A stretch of 64,000 bases of DNA. Origin: Mobula hypostoma (Eukaryota). Below are positions 1 to 13,607 of this stretch, piece after piece. Position 1 is the stretch's first letter. Every line of letters starts with the position of its first letter. Under the pieces are notes generated by a model that did no database searches, had not been told where the DNA came from, and saw only the letters and a program-made list of their open reading frames with translations. The position numbers were made by a program, and so were the translations under genes. The stretch covers positions 3,038,001 through 3,102,000 of the forward strand of contig NC_086104.1 of assembly GCF_963921235.1 (NCBI RefSeq), read 5' to 3'.

Positions 1-54
1 TGGGGTCAGGTCCAGTGCGACGTGATTCACTGTGGCCAGGGTGCTTCAACCTAG

Positions 55-1780
55 CATTGGGCTACATGGGTGTGTCTCTGAGTTCAACTTGAAATTTGAT
101 AGGGAGAAAGTAAAGTCTGATGTAGCAGTATTTCAGTGGAGTGAGGGAAATTACAGTGGTATGAGAGAGGAGTTGGAAGGAGCTGCTGGCAGGGATCACA
201 GCAGAGCAGCAATGCGGGCGTTTCTGGAAAAAATGAGGAAGGTGCAGGATAGATGTATTCCAAAAACGAAGAAATACTCAAAATGGTAAAATAGTACAAC
301 CATGGCTGACAAGGGTAGTCAAAGCTAATGTAAAAGCAAAAGAAAAGGCATACAACAAAGCAAAAATTATCAGGAAGACAGGGGATTGGGAAGCTTTTAA
401 AAACATACAGCAAGCAACTAAAAGGATCATCAGGAAGGAAAAGATGAAATATGAAAGCAGGCTAGCAAGCAATATCAAAGTGGGTGTTAAAAACTTTTTC
501 CAGTTTGTAAATAAAAGAGAAATGAGAGTGGATATAGGACCACGAGAAAAAGAGGCTGGAGAAATAATAACAGGGACAAGGGGGTGGATGATGAACTAAA
601 TGAGTATTTTGCATCAGTCTTCACTGTGGAAGACACTAGCCGTGTGCCAGATGTTGAAGGGTGTGAGGGAAGAGAAGTGGGCGCAGTTACTGTTACAAGG
701 GAGAAGGTGATCAAAAAGCTGAAAGTTCTAAAAGTACATAAGTCACCTGGACCAGATGAACTGCATCCTAGGGTTCTGAAAGAGGTAGCGTTAGAGATTG
801 TGGAGGCATTAGTAATGATCTTTCAAAAATCATTGGATTCTGGGATAGTGCCAGAGGACTGGAAAATTGCAAATGTCACTCAATTCTTTAAGAAAGGAGG
901 AAGACAGTAGAAAGGAAATTATAGACCAGTTGGCCTGACCTCAGTGGTTGGGAAGATATTGGAGTCAGTTAATAAGGATGAGGTGATGGAGTACTTGGTG
1001 ACATAGGACATGATAGTACAAAATCAGCATGGTTTCCTTCAGGGAAAATCCTGCCTGATGAACCTGTTGGAATTCTTTAAGGAGATGACAAGTAGGATAG
1101 ATAAAGGGGATGCAGTGCATGTTGTATATTTGACTTTCAGAAGGCCTTTGACAAGATGCCACACATGAGGCTGCTTACCAAGTTAAGAAAAGTTACTAAC
1201 ATGGTTAGAGCATTGGCTGATTGGTAGGAGGAGGCAGCGAGTGGGAATAAAAGGATCCTTTTCTGGTTGGCTGCCAGTGACTAGTGGTATTCCACAGGGG
1301 TCGGTGTTGGGACCACTTCTTTTTGAGCTGTATATAAATAATTTAGATGATGAAATAGATGGCTTTGTTGCCAAGTTTGCAGATGATACAAAGACTGGTG
1401 GAGGGGCCGGTGGTGTTGAGGAAGCAGGTAGGATGCAGAAGGACAGACAGATTAGGAGAATGAGCAAGAAAATGGCAAATGAAATACAATGTTGGAAAAT
1501 GCATGGCCATGCACTTTGGTCGTAGAAATAAATATAGAAAAGATGTGCTGACATTGGAGAGGATCCAGAGGAGGTTTGCAAGGATGATTCCAGGAATGAA
1601 AGGGTTATCATTAAGGCAGAGATTGATGGTTCTTGATTGGACACGGCATCAAAGGTGACAGGGAGAAGGCCGGGGAGCAGGGCTGAGGAGGGGGAAAAAG
1701 GATCAGCCAAGATTTAAAGGCGGAGCAGACTCGATGGGCCAAATGGCCTAATTCTGCTCCTATGTCTTATGCCATTATGG
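55..1780 (+). mobile_element. Degenerate CR1 LINE (ORF2 RT region and 3' end)
   Basis: ORF fragments [31 protein letters not shown] and KFADDTK, with frameshifts and deletions. Confidence 0.9.
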
Positions 1781-1812
1781 TCTAATGCCCCATGCTTGTC
1801 CTATCCCCCCAG

Positions 1813-1913
1813 AACTCGGTGAAGCCGTTGTATCGCTGTATGTGGCCCTGCTGCAGCAAATGTCTGTCGTCCACTGTGGGAATACGGAGACACGTACGAA
1901 CCATCCACCTCGG
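1813..1913 (+). CDS. ZNF395-like: ZNF395/ZNF704/SLC2A4RG-family gene, C2H2 zinc-finger exon (upstream exons outside the window)
   Basis: Acceptor ctatccccccag|AAC and donor CTCGG|gtatgg; 101 nt, phase 0->2. Reads NSVKPLYRCMWPCCSKCLSSTVGIRRHVRTIHLG, matching the family NS(V/M)K..(Y/F)KCLW..C.K.L....GI..H....HLG finger. Confidence 0.93.
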
Positions 1914-1982
1914 GTATGGCACACCTCCGGAAGCGGCTGGGCTCCGCCGGTAGAGCTGGGTTAGGGGACTGGTAAAACAACA

Positions 1983-3776
1983 GTCAGACACAGAGTGAAT
2001 CTCCCTCCGCACCGTCCCATCACACACTCCCAGGGTCAGACACAGAGTGAATCTCCCTCCGCACCGTCCCATCACACACTCCCAGGGTCAGACACAGAGT
2101 GAATCTCCCTCCGCACCGTCCCATCACACACTCCCAGGGTCAGACACAGAGTGAATCTCCCTCCGCACCGTCCCATCACACACTCCCAGGGTCAGACACA
2201 GAGTGAATCTCCCTCCGCACCGTCCCATCACACACTCCCAGGGTCAGACACAGAGTGAATCTCCCTCCGCACCGTCCCATCACACACTCCCAGGGTCAGA
2301 CACAGAGTGAATCTCCCTCCGCACCGTCCCATCACACACTCCCAGGGTCAGACACAGAGTGAATCTCCCTCCGCACCGACCCATCACACACTCCCGGGGT
2401 CAGACACAGAGTGAATCTCCCTCCGCACCGTCCCATCACACACTCCCGGGGTCAGACACAGAGTGAATCTCCCTCCGCACCGTCCCATCACACACTCCCG
2501 GGGTCAGACACAGAGTGAATCTCCCTCCGCACCGTCCCATCACACACTCCCGGGGTCAGACACAGAGTGAATCTCCCTCCGCACCGTCCCATCACACACT
2601 CCCGGGGTCAGACACAGAGTGAATCTCCCTCCGCACCGTCCCATCACACACTCCCGGGGTCAGACACAGAGTGAATCTCCCTCCGCACCGTCCCATCACA
2701 CACTCCCGGGGTCAGACACAGAGTGAATCTCCCTCCGCACCGTCCCATCACACACTCCCGGGGTCAGACACAGAGTGAATCTCCCTCCGCACCGTCCCAT
2801 CACACACTCCCGGGGTCAGACACAGAGTGAATCTCCCTCCGCACCGTCCCATCACACACTCCCGGGGTCAGACACAGAGTGAATCTCCCTCCGCACCGTC
2901 CCATCACACACTCCCGGGGTCAGACACAGAGTGAATCTCCCTCCGCACCGTCCCATCACACACTCCCAGGGTCAGACACAGAGTGAAGCTCCCTCTACGC
3001 TGTCCCATCACACACTCCCGGGGTCAGACACAGAGTGAATCTCCCTCCACACCGTCCCATCACACACTCCCAGGGTCAGACACAGAGTGAATCTCCCTCC
3101 ACACCGTCCCATCACACACTCCCAGGGTCAGACACAGAGTGAAGCTCCCTCTACGCTGTCCCATCACACACTCCCGGGGTCAGACACAGAGTGAATCTCC
3201 CTCCGCACCGTCCCATCACACACTCCCGGGGTCAGACACAGAGTGAATCTCCCTCCTCACCGTCCCATCACACACTCCCAGGGTCAGACACAGAGTGAAG
3301 CTCCCTCTACACTGTCCCATCACACACTCCCGGGGTCAGACACAGAGTGAACCTCCCTCTACACCATCCCATCACACACTCCCAGGATCAGACACAGAGT
3401 GAATCTCCCTCCGCACCGTCCCGTCACACACTCCCGGGGTCAGACACAGAGTGAATCTCCCTCCGCACTGTCCCATCACACACTCCCGGGGTCAGACACA
3501 GAGTGAACCTCCCTCTACACCATCCCATCACACACTCCCAGGATCAGACACAGAGTGAGTCTCCCTCCGCACCGTCCCGTCACACACTCCTAGGGTCAGA
3601 CACAGAGTGAAACTCCCTCCACACCGTCCCATCACACACTCCCAGGGTCAGACACAGAGTGAATCTCCCTCCACACCGTCCCATCACACACTCCCGGGGT
3701 CAGAGACAGAGTGAAGCTCTCTCTCTACACTGTCCCATCACACACTCCCAGGGGTCAGACACAAAGTGAAACTCCT
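1983..3776 (+). repeat. 52-bp minisatellite, about 34 units
   Basis: Unit gtcagacacagagtgaatctccctccgcaccgtcccatcacacactcc(c)(a/g)gg; unit starts at 1983, 2035 and 2087. Confidence 0.97.
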
Positions 3777-5367
3777 ACCGTATCGGATTGATTCTATGAT
3801 TTTATCTTTTATTTGGAATAATAAAAGACCAAGAATTAGTAAATGTCACTTACAAAAGTTGAAAAAGGATGGAGGTCTAGCTTTACCTAATTTAAGAATG
3901 TATTACTGGGCTGTTAATGTGCGATACATGTCCTTTTGGTTATATTGGGTTGATAAGAGTAATCGCCGAATTTGGGTAGACTTGGAATTGAAAGCTGTGA
4001 AACAGTTTTATTTAACCTCGTTATTGGGAGCTGCTTTACCTATACAGTTAGCTAAAGTTGCTAATTTAAACCTATACCCTGTGATTAAGCATTCTTTACA
4101 AATTTGGCTCCAGTTCCGCAATTTTTTTAATCTTAAAAAATTTTAACTTTGTAGTTTAATTTATCGAAATTACTTTTTTAAGCCTTCTTTGAGTGATCCA
4201 ATTTTTTTACTTTGGAAAAATAAAGGTATTAATTATTTTTTGGATTTATTTAAAGAAGATAGATTGATGTCTTTTGAACAATTAGTTGATAAATATTCTC
4301 TTTCATACTCACACTTTTTACAATACCTTCAAGTTAGACATTTCTTACAAAAATATTTAAGTAATTTTCCTTACATATTGGAGGCTGACCTGTTAGATAC
4401 TATTATGAGTATGAACCCTTCGATGAAGGGTTCCATTGGAAGAATTTATAATTTACTATTACAATGGGATAAGTGTCCTTTATTTAAGATTAAACAAGAT
4501 TGGAAAAAGGAACTCAATTTGACTTTTATGACGGAGGACTGGACGCGGATTCTGAAGCTGGTTAATTCTTCTTCGATTTGCGCTAGTCATTCACTGATTC
4601 AATTTAAAATTGTACATCGTTACCATCTGACGAAGGAGAGACTGTCTAAAATATTCCCTGATGTTGATAGTTATTGTGATAGATGTAAAACTGAGATAGC
4701 TACACTGACACATATGTTTTGGTCCTGTTCTATACTGGAACAGTTCTGGAAGTCAGTTTTTTTTGACAATTTCTAAAACACTTAAAATTAATTTACAACC
4801 TAACAAATTAACTATGCTTTTTGGAATAATTCCTCAAAATATCCGTGGTATCTCTGTGTCTGACCAACACGTTATTGCATTTGCTACATTGATAGCTAGG
4901 AGGGCCATTTTGTTGAAGTGGAAGGATACATCAGCTCCCACTTTGTCACAATGGTTCTCTCAAGGGATGCTATGTCTTAGTTTGGAGGAAATTAGAAGTC
5001 GAACCTTTGAACCTATGTTTGATTTTGAGAAAAGATAGGGTTAATTTGCTCGTTATTATCATTTGAATTAATTGATAGATTTCCTCCATGATCTAATTGT
5101 AAATTTTTGGTACTTTTTTTTCTTGCTGGTGGTTTGATGGTTATCTTTAGAAGTTTTTTGTATGACGCATGGCCCTGGGGTTGTACACCTAATGGAGTTT
5201 CTTTTTTTCCCCACTTTTTCTTGCTTAGTAGGGTGCTTTTTAAATCACCAAAATTTTTTCAATCTTTAAAATAATGTTTTTTTTCTTGAGACATTGGAAG
5301 TGTTGCTTACTTCGATGTACTCGTGTTAATTTTGGATAATAATAAAAAGATTTGAAAAGAAAGAAAG
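3777..5367 (+). mobile_element. 5'-truncated L1/Tx1-type LINE (ORF2 C-terminus and 3' UTR)
   Basis: FIWNNKRPRI, GGLALPNLRMYYWA and the zinc knuckle CDRCKTEIATLTHMFWSC; AT-rich; ends aataataaaaagatttgaaaagaaagaaag. Confidence 0.9.
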
Positions 5368-5496
5368 CAACTCTTACCACACCATCCCATCACACATTCC
5401 CAGGGTCTCAAGGGAGCTAACTGGAGTGCAACCTAACTAGAGTTTTATAAACTTACAACATATCTTCCCAACTCTTGAAACACAAGTTTTCTCTGC

Positions 5497-5686
5497 AGGG
5501 CCACACACACAAAATGCTGGAGGAACTCGGCAGATCAGGCAACATCTGTGGAAATGAACGAACAGCCAATGTTTTGGGCCGAGAGCCTCAATCAGGATGT
5601 GGATGTCGACCAAAATGTAGACTGTTTATTCATCTCCACAGATGCCCTAGGTTTTGTTGAGTTCCTCCCGTATTTTGTGTGTGTGC
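5497..5686. mobile_element. Short inverted-repeat element related to the Penelope 3' end
   Basis: acacacaaaatgctggaggaactc ... gagttcctcccgtattttgtgtgtgt; the arm motif resembles 51140-51290. Confidence 0.6.
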
Positions 5687-7154
5687 TCAACACTCTAGAA
5701 TAATGAAGCAAATGTGCCATACACCCTATCAACCTGTGTAGCCAATACCTGACTTTTCTCTAAATAATATATTCCTGACTGGCTGTGGGTTGCAGACTCC
5801 GTGACGGCGTTGGGGTTAGTGTTCTTCAGACACAGCCGCAGACCGACGGCAGCTACAGGAGACAGGCCACAGACTCGGAATGAAATGCTGAGCTGTGTCT
5901 CCCCCAGGTGGCAGAGCCGGGTACTGCAGAGCCCACCGTGTGTCTGATTCATGCAGACTGACGTGGCTATTAGGATCAAATTTATTGTCCCTGACACGAA
6001 ATGTATTCTTTTGCAGCAACAGTACAGTGAAAAGGCATAAAATTACCAAAAATTACAAAGCTTGGGGTGACAATGTAGCATAACGCTACAGGGTTGTCGA
6101 ATGCTGTTTTGTTTCCTGTCGGGGTCTATGATGCGTATTGATGTTCTCCCGGGGACCACATGGGTTTCTTCCGGGTGCCCTGGTTTCCTCCTAAGGATGT
6201 ACAGGTTAGGAGGTCAATTGGTTACGTGGGTGTATGCTCGCTGAGTCAAGACCCTTCATCGGGACTCGGAACAGCCCCAGAGTAACGGGTTGGCCGTCTG
6301 GGACAGAGAGGCAGAGAAATTCAGTTGTGTGAAGAGTGGTGGGTTTTGGAATTCAAGATCAAGTTTGACTGTACACATATCCAACCAAAGGGCACGGTAA
6401 ACAGCTCGCTGTCCTAGTGACGGGACTTGGTGTTAACAGGGTATTCATTAGCCTCACAGCCCGGGGGAAGTAGCTGTTACCCAGCTCTCGGCAATTTTCA
6501 CTATCCTCTGTAGGGTCTTGCACAGTGACGCAGCCAGACAGGACTCGCTGGATGATGTACTGTACCTGTAGGAAGCTGCAATTGATTTAGCATTTCTCCA
6601 CCCTCAGGGCTGTGCTCACACTCCAAAATGCAGATCCGCATATTCCTGGGCACTGTGGGAATCAGAACTCGGGTTTATGGTCACTGTCATATATCATGAG
6701 TTTTGTTGTTTTGTGGCAGCAGTACAGGGCAATATGTAAAGATCACAATAAATTACAATCAGAAATAGATAAAAATAAGCAAATAGTGTGAAAAGAGAGC
6801 AAGATACTGAGGTAGTGTATGTGGGTTCATTGTCCATTCAGAAATCTGATGACAGAGGGGAAGAACCTGTGGCTAAAAAGTTGAATGTTTGTCTTCAGGC
6901 TCCTGTACCTGCCTCCTGATGGTGGTAATGAGAAAAGGGCATGTCCTGGGCCACGGGGGCATTAGTGATGCCACCTTCCTGAGGCACGGGCTGTTCAACA
7001 TGTCTTTGATGGTGGGGAGGCCAGCGGCTGACTTTACAACTTCCAGCAGCTTTTCTCTGCCCTGTGATACAACCAGTCACAGTGCTGTGCATGGTACATC
7101 TGTAGAAACGGAGGGAGCTGGGGAGTGGGGACCGTACAGGGAAATGAGGTGGCA

Positions 7155-8254
7155 CGCCAGGCATCATAAGACCATAAGGCCATAAGACAAAGGAGCAGAA
7201 GTCAGCCATTCGGCCCATCGAGTCTGCTCCGCCATGTTATCATGAGCCGATCCATTCTCCCATTTAGTCCCACTCCCCTGCCTTCTCACCATAACCTTTG
7301 ATGCCCTGGCTACTCAGACACCTATCAATCTCTGCCTTATATACACCCAATGATTTGGCCTCCACTGCTGCCCGTGGCAACAAATTCCATAGATTCACCA
7401 CCCTCTGACTAAAAAAATTTCTTCGCATTTCTGTTCTGAAAGGGCGCCCTTCAATCCTTAAGTCATAGAAACATAGAAACATAGAAAATAGGTGCAGGAG
7501 TAGGCCATTCGGCCCTTCGAGCCTGCACCGCCATTTATTATGATCATGGCTGATCATCCAACTCAGAACCCAGCCTTCCCTCCATACCCCGTGACCCCTG
7601 TAGCCACAAGGGCCATATCTAACTTCCTTTTAAACATAGCTAATGAACTGGCCTCAACAGTTTGCTGTGGCAGAGAATTCCACAGATTCACCACTCTCTG
7701 TGTGAAGAAGTTTTTCCTAACCTCGGTCCTAAAAGGCTTCCCCTCTATCCTCAAACTGTGACCCCTCGTTCTAGACCTCCCCAACATCGGGAACAATCTT
7801 CCCGCATCTAGCCTGTCCAATCCCTTTAGGATCTTATACGTTTCAATCAGATCCCCCCTCAATCTTCTAAATTCCAACGAGTACAAGCCCAGTTCATCCA
7901 GTCTTTCTTCATATGAAAGACCTGCCATCCCAGGAATCAATCTGGTGAACCTTCTTTGTACTCCCTCTATGGCAAGGATGTCTTTCCTCAGATTAGGGGA
8001 CCAAAACTGCACACAATACTCCAGGTGTGGTCTCACCAAGGCCTTGTACAACTGCAGTAGTACCTCCCTGCTCCTGTACTCGAATCCTCTCGCTATAAAT
8101 GCCAGCATACCGTTCGCCTTTTTCACCGCCTGCTGTACCTGCATGCCCACTTTCAATGACTGGTGTATAATGACACCCAGGTCTCGTTGCACCTCCCCTT
8201 TTCCTAATCGGCCACCATTCAGATAATAATCTGTTTTCCTATTTTTGCCACCAA
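7155..8254 (-). mobile_element. Two abutting CR1 3' fragments; the young copy is 7466-8254
   Basis: Open 209-aa ORF2 C-terminus (RPHLEYCVQFWSP...FFTQRVVNLWNSLP) with a (tttctatg)n tail; nearly identical to 26878-27910. Confidence 0.93.
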
Positions 8255-9019
8255 TCTTGTCATCTTGGGGAAATGTGCTGCAGGTTAGAAGGCTGGCCTC
8301 CGCTGCCTTCTTATCAAAGTTTCAGAGAGGAAGCATGGAAGGAGGCCTGTTGGCCCAGTGGCTTTGTGCTGACCCACTTTGCATAATCCCCTTTCTGTTA
8401 CTCTTGACATTCCACATAGTCCTCCCCCCCCCCCTCCGGGCTGTACGCCTCACCCACACACTGGGGACAGTTTGCAATGGCCACTACTACACTGACCTCC
8501 ATGTCACTAGGGTATGGGAGGGAAGCAAAGGACCTGGGGTCATGGGGTGAACATGCAAATTCATCATAGGCAGTGCTGGAGGTCAGGAGGCGACCACAAG
8601 CAATTTATTTTGTAGTGAGCGGAACTGTTTGGCAAGTTTTTTCAGAGCTGGCACAAGCACGATGGGCTGAATAATCCACTCTGGCATTGAATGGAGAGCT
8701 GCTGCTCACCCATCCTACAGCTTAATACTCCGACACTTCCCGAGGATTGTCCAGTCGAGGGGGCGGTTTGGTTCGGTGGGATGTGACTGATTGCCACCCC
8801 TCTCACCTGTCTAGGCTTAGACATCTGTACACCATCCTTGGGTGGGTGTGAGGAAGGGAATCTCCTTGAGAGGATGCAATGGGACTGTTAGCTGGGTTTT
8901 GGTTTTTGGGGATTGGATTTTGGGGTTGGAAGTGGTATTGAGGCTGTGTTGTGCTGTTGGCTTCTTGGTGTTTTTTGAGATCGGGTTTGGTTTTTGGGGT
9001 TGGGCTACCTTTTATGATT

Positions 9020-9460
9020 GGGATTGGTCTTTGGGGTTGGATTTGGTGTTTAGTGTGGGGATTTGGGATTGGGGTTGGATTTGGTGTTTAGTGTGGGGAT
9101 TTGGGATTGGGGTTGGATTTGGTGTTTAGTGTGGGGATTTGAGATGGGGGTTGGATTTTGTGTTTAGTATGGGGATTTGGGATTGGGGTTGGATTTTGTG
9201 TTTAGTGTGGGGATTTGAGATGGGGGTTGGATTTTGTGTTTAGTGTGGGGATTTGGGATTGGGGTTGGATTTTGTGTTTAGTGTGGGGATTTGAGATGGG
9301 GGTTGGATTTGGTGTTTAGTGTGGGGATTTGGGATTGAGGTTGGATTTGGTGTGCAGTGTGGGGATTTGGGATTGGAGTTGGATTTGGTTTTTAGTGTTG
9401 GGATTTGGCATTGGGGTTGGATTTGGGTATTAGTGTTGAGATTTGCAGTGGGGTGTGGTT
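9020..9460 (+). repeat. 38-bp G/T-rich minisatellite, about 11 units
   Basis: Unit atttggtgtttagtgtggggatttgggattggggttgg; starts at 9041 and 9079. Confidence 0.9.
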
Positions 9461-9536
9461 TTTGGGGTTGGGAGTTAGGTTTAGAGGTGAGATCCAGAAT
9501 TTCAGTTGTGGTTCCTGTTGTGTTTCTGTCCAACAG

Positions 9537-9795
9537 CCATGGTGACTCTGAGCACAGCAATGGGGAGGAAGACTTCTACTACACTGAGATCCAGGCAGGA
9601 GCGGATTGGTGCTCAGAGAGTCCAGGAGTTCCTCACTGTGCGTCTCCATTCCTCGCTCCGCAGTTCACCGAGGCCATTGGACCGCAACCACTTGGCACAG
9701 ATGTGGTTCCAGATGTCTCAGCCCCCACCACACCCACTCTGAGTCAGTCTGCACCCAGCTGCCCGAGGCAGGTCTGTGTGGACCGCACATACCAG
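9537..9795 (+). CDS. ZNF395-like: ZNF395-family exon with the EEDFYYTEI motif
   Basis: Acceptor tgtttctgtccaacag|C and donor TACCAG|gtagaa; 259 nt, phase 2->0. Reads HGDSEHSNGEEDFYYTEIQ...TLSQSAPSCPRQVCVDRTYQ, resembling the family GEEDFYYTEI and LS.SAP....DHAYQ motifs. In frame with the exon at 1813. Confidence 0.92.
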
Positions 9796-9875
9796 GTAGA
9801 ACCAGGAACCAGGGATGTGGAGCAGATCTCCCTTGCCTACTGATTGTCCGTCAGCAGCAACCCTTGACCCTGTAG

Positions 9876-9965
9876 ACCTGGGTGGCCTATGCAATGGTGG
9901 CCCCAGGCCCGCGTATCAAACACAGATCCCCGACTCTCTGTATCATTTGGAGATCCCAGCGGCCT
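9876..9965 (+). CDS. Possible additional in-frame ZNF395-family exon
   Basis: Acceptor ccttgaccctgtag| and weak donor CCT|gtgtgt; 90 nt, phase 0->0, after an 80-nt intron. TWVAYAMVAPGPRIKHRSPTLCIIWRSQRP has a Trp roughly where ZNF704 has ISWQSPP. Speculative. Confidence 0.25.
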
Positions 9966-11091
9966 GTGTGTTGATTAAAGGAAGGCTTTGGGGAGGGTTC
10001 AGGAGAGGTTCACCAGGATGCTATCTGGATTACAGGGTGTGTGCTGTGAGAGGCCAGATAAACTTGGATTGACGGAGGCTGAGAGGAGATCTGATAGAGG
10101 TTTATAAGATTATGAGAGGCTTAGAAAGAGTAGACAAGGTCATAGAGTCATAGAGGGCTACAACACAGAACCAGGCCACGTCAGCCTGATCTTCTGATCC
10201 GTCCCATTGACCCGCACCCAGACCAAACCCTCCATAGCCCTCTCATCCATGCACCTATCCAAACTTCTCTTAAATGTTGCAATCAAACCCACATCCACAC
10301 TTCCCTGGCAGCTCGTTCCACATTCTCACCATCTCTGAAGGAAGAGGTTCCCCCTCATGTTCCCCTTAAACATTTCACCTTTCACCCTTAACCCACGACC
10401 TCCAGTTCTGGTCTCACTCTACCTCAGAGGGAAGAACCTCCTTGCATTTACCCTATCTATACCCCTCCTAATTTTGTATGCCTCTATCAAATCTCCCCTC
10501 ATTCTCCTGGGCTTGAGGGAGGAGAGACCTCACCTTGTCAACTTTCCCCTGGGTTGGAATGTCAAATTCTTCAGGGTGTTTATTGAAGGAGAGGGGGAGC
10601 AGCTTGAAGGAGATGTGTGGGGCAGTGTTTTCGTTGACACACGGTGGAGGCTGCCTGGAACATTCTGCCGGGGCGGTGGTGGAGGCAGAGAGGGCAGTGC
10701 TGTTTGAGGTTTTTAGATAGGCATATGAACAGGGAGGGAATGGAGGGATATAGACCATGTGCAGGCAGACAGGGTTAGTTTAACTGGGCATCATTGTTGG
10801 CACAGACAGGATGGGCTGAACTTCCTGTTCCTGTACTATCCTGATCTGGGCTCGACAACAAGACACAGGAGCAGAATCAGGCCATTCTTCCCATCGAATC
10901 TGTTCCACCATTCCATCATGGCTGATTTATTATCCCTCTCAAATCCATTCTCTCCATAAAATTTGACACCCTGACTAATGAAGAACCCACGAGCCTCTGC
11001 TTTAGATGTACCATGGCCTCCTCAGCCGCCTGTGGCATTGAATTCCACAGATCCCCCCACCCAACTGGCTGTAAAAGTTGTTCCTCACCTA

Positions 11092-13607
11092 TGTTCTTAA
11101 TGGACATCCCCCTGTTCAATGGACATCCCCCTGTTCAATGGACATCCCCCTGTTCTATGGTCATCCCCCTGTTCTATGGACATCCCCCTGTTCTATGGTC
11201 ATCCCCCTGTTCTATGGACATCCCCCTGTTCTATGGTCATCCCCCTGTTCTATGGACATCCCCCTGTTCTATGGTCATCCCCCTGTTCTATGGACATCCC
11301 CCTGTTCTATGGACATCCCCCTGTTCTATGGTCATCCCCCTGTTCTATGGACATCCCCCTGTTCTATGGTCATCCCCCTGTTCTATGGACATCCCCCTGT
11401 TCTATGGTCATCCCCCTGTTCTATGGACATCCCCCTGTTCTATGGACATCCCCCTGTTCTATGGTCATCCCCCTGTTCTATGGACATCTCTCTGTTCTAT
11501 GGACATCCCTATGTTCAATGGATATCCCCCTGTTCTATGGTCATCCCCCTGTTCTATGGACATCCCCCTGTTCTATGGACATCCCCCTGTTCTATGGTCA
11601 TCCCCCTGTTCAATGGACATCCCCCTGTTCTATGGTCATCTCCCTGTTCTATGGACATCCCCTGTTCTATGGTCATCCCCCTGTTCAATGGACATCTCTC
11701 TGTTCTATGGACATCCCCCTGTTCAATGGACATCCCCCTGTTCGATGGACATCCCTCTGTTCAATGGACATCCCCCTGTTCAATGGACATCCCTCTGTTC
11801 TATGGACATCCCCCTGTTCTATGGACATCCCCCTGTTCTATGGTCATCCCCTGTTCTATGGTCATCCCCTGTTCTATGGACATCCCCCTGTTCTATGGAC
11901 ATCCCCCTGTTCAATGGACATCCCTCTGTTCTATGGACATCCCCCTGTTCTATGGTCATCCCCCTGTTCAATGGACATCCCTCTGTTCTATGGACTTCCC
12001 CCTGTTCTATGGACATCCCCCTGTTCAATGGACATCCCTCTGTTCTATGGACATCCCTCTGTTCTATGGACATCCTCCTGTTCTATGGTCATCCCCTGTT
12101 CTATGGACATCCCCCTGTTCTATGGTCATCCCTCTGTTCTATGGTCATCCCCTGTTCTATGGACATCCCCTGTTCTATGGACATCCCTCTGTTCTATGGT
12201 CATCCCTGTTCTATGGTCATCCCCCTGTTCTATGGTCATCCCCTGTTCTATGGTCATCCCTGTTCTATGGGCATCCCCCTGTTCTATGGTCATCCCCCTG
12301 TTCTATGGTCATCCCTGTTCTATGGACATCCCCCTGTTCTATGGTCATCCCCCTGTTCAATGGACATCTCTCTGTTCTATGGACATCCCCCTGTTCAATG
12401 GACATCCCCCTGTTCAATGGACATCTCTCTGTTCTATGGACATCCCCCTGTTCTATGGACATCCCCCTGTTCTATGGTCATCCCCTGTTCTATGGTCATC
12501 CCCTGTTCTATGGACATCCCCCTGTTCAATGGACATCCCTCTGTTCTATGGACATCCCCCTGTTCTATGGACATCCCCCTGTTCGATGGTCATCCCCCTG
12601 TTCAATGGACATCCCTCTGTTCTATGGACATCCCTCTGTTCTATGGACATCCCCCTGTTCTATGGTCATCCCCCTGTTCAATGGACATCCCTCTGTTCTA
12701 TGGACATCCCTCTGTTCTATGGACATCCCCCTGTTCTATGGTCATCCCCTGTTCTATGGACATCCCCCTGTTCTATGGTCATCCCCTGTTCTATGGACAT
12801 CCCCCTGTTCTATGGTCATCCCTCTGTTCTATGGTCATCCCCTGTTCTATGGACATCCCTCTGTTCTATGGTCATCCCTGTTCTATGGTCATCCCCCTGT
12901 TCTATGGTCATCCCCCTGTTCTATGGTCATCCCTGTTCTATGGACATCCCCCTGTTCTATGGTCATCCCTCTGTTCTATGGACATCCCCTGTTCTATGGA
13001 CATCCCCTGTTCTATGGACATCCCCCTGTTCTATGGTTAGCCCCTGTTCTATGGACATCCCTCTGTTCTATGGTCATCCCCTGTTCTATGGTCATCCCTG
13101 TTCTATGGACATCCCCCTGTTCTATGGTCATCCCCTGTTCTATGGACATCCCCCTGTTCTATGGTCATCCCTCTGTTCTATGGACATCCCCTGTTCTATG
13201 GACATCCCCTGTTCTATGGACATCCCCCTGTTCTATGGTTAGCCCCTGTTCTATGGACATCCCTCTGTTCTATGGTCATCCCCTGTTCTATGGTCATCCC
13301 CTGTTCAATGGACATCCCCCTGTTCTATGGTCATCCCCTCTTCTATGGACATCCCCTGTTCAATGGACATCTCTCTGTTCTATGGACATCCCCCTGTTCT
13401 ATGGTCATCTCCCTGTTTTATGGACATCCCTCTGTTCTATGGTCATCCCCTGTTCAATGGACATCCCCCTGTTCTATGGTCATCCCCTGTTCTATGGACA
13501 TCCCCTGTTCAATGGACATCTCTCTGTTCTATGGACATCCCCCTGTTCAATGAACATCCCCCTGTTCTATGGTCATCTCCCTGTTTTATGGACATCCCTC
13601 TGTTCAA
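11092..13607 (+). repeat. 19-bp minisatellite (17-19 bp variants), about 135 units
   Basis: Unit tgttctatgg(a/t)catccccc; continuous with the CR1 3' remnant at about 10850-11100. Confidence 0.97.

Noticed and set aside
1983-3776. CACAGAGTG in the 52-mer as an RSS heptamer, or the array as CRISPR-like
   Set aside because: Not CACAGTG, no nonamer at 12/23 spacing, no unique spacers, and the DNA is eukaryotic.
5780-5960. GC-rich intronic segment with a QTDGSY C1-like snippet
   Set aside because: Stops follow quickly in that frame; no Ig fold and no phase-compatible splice sites.
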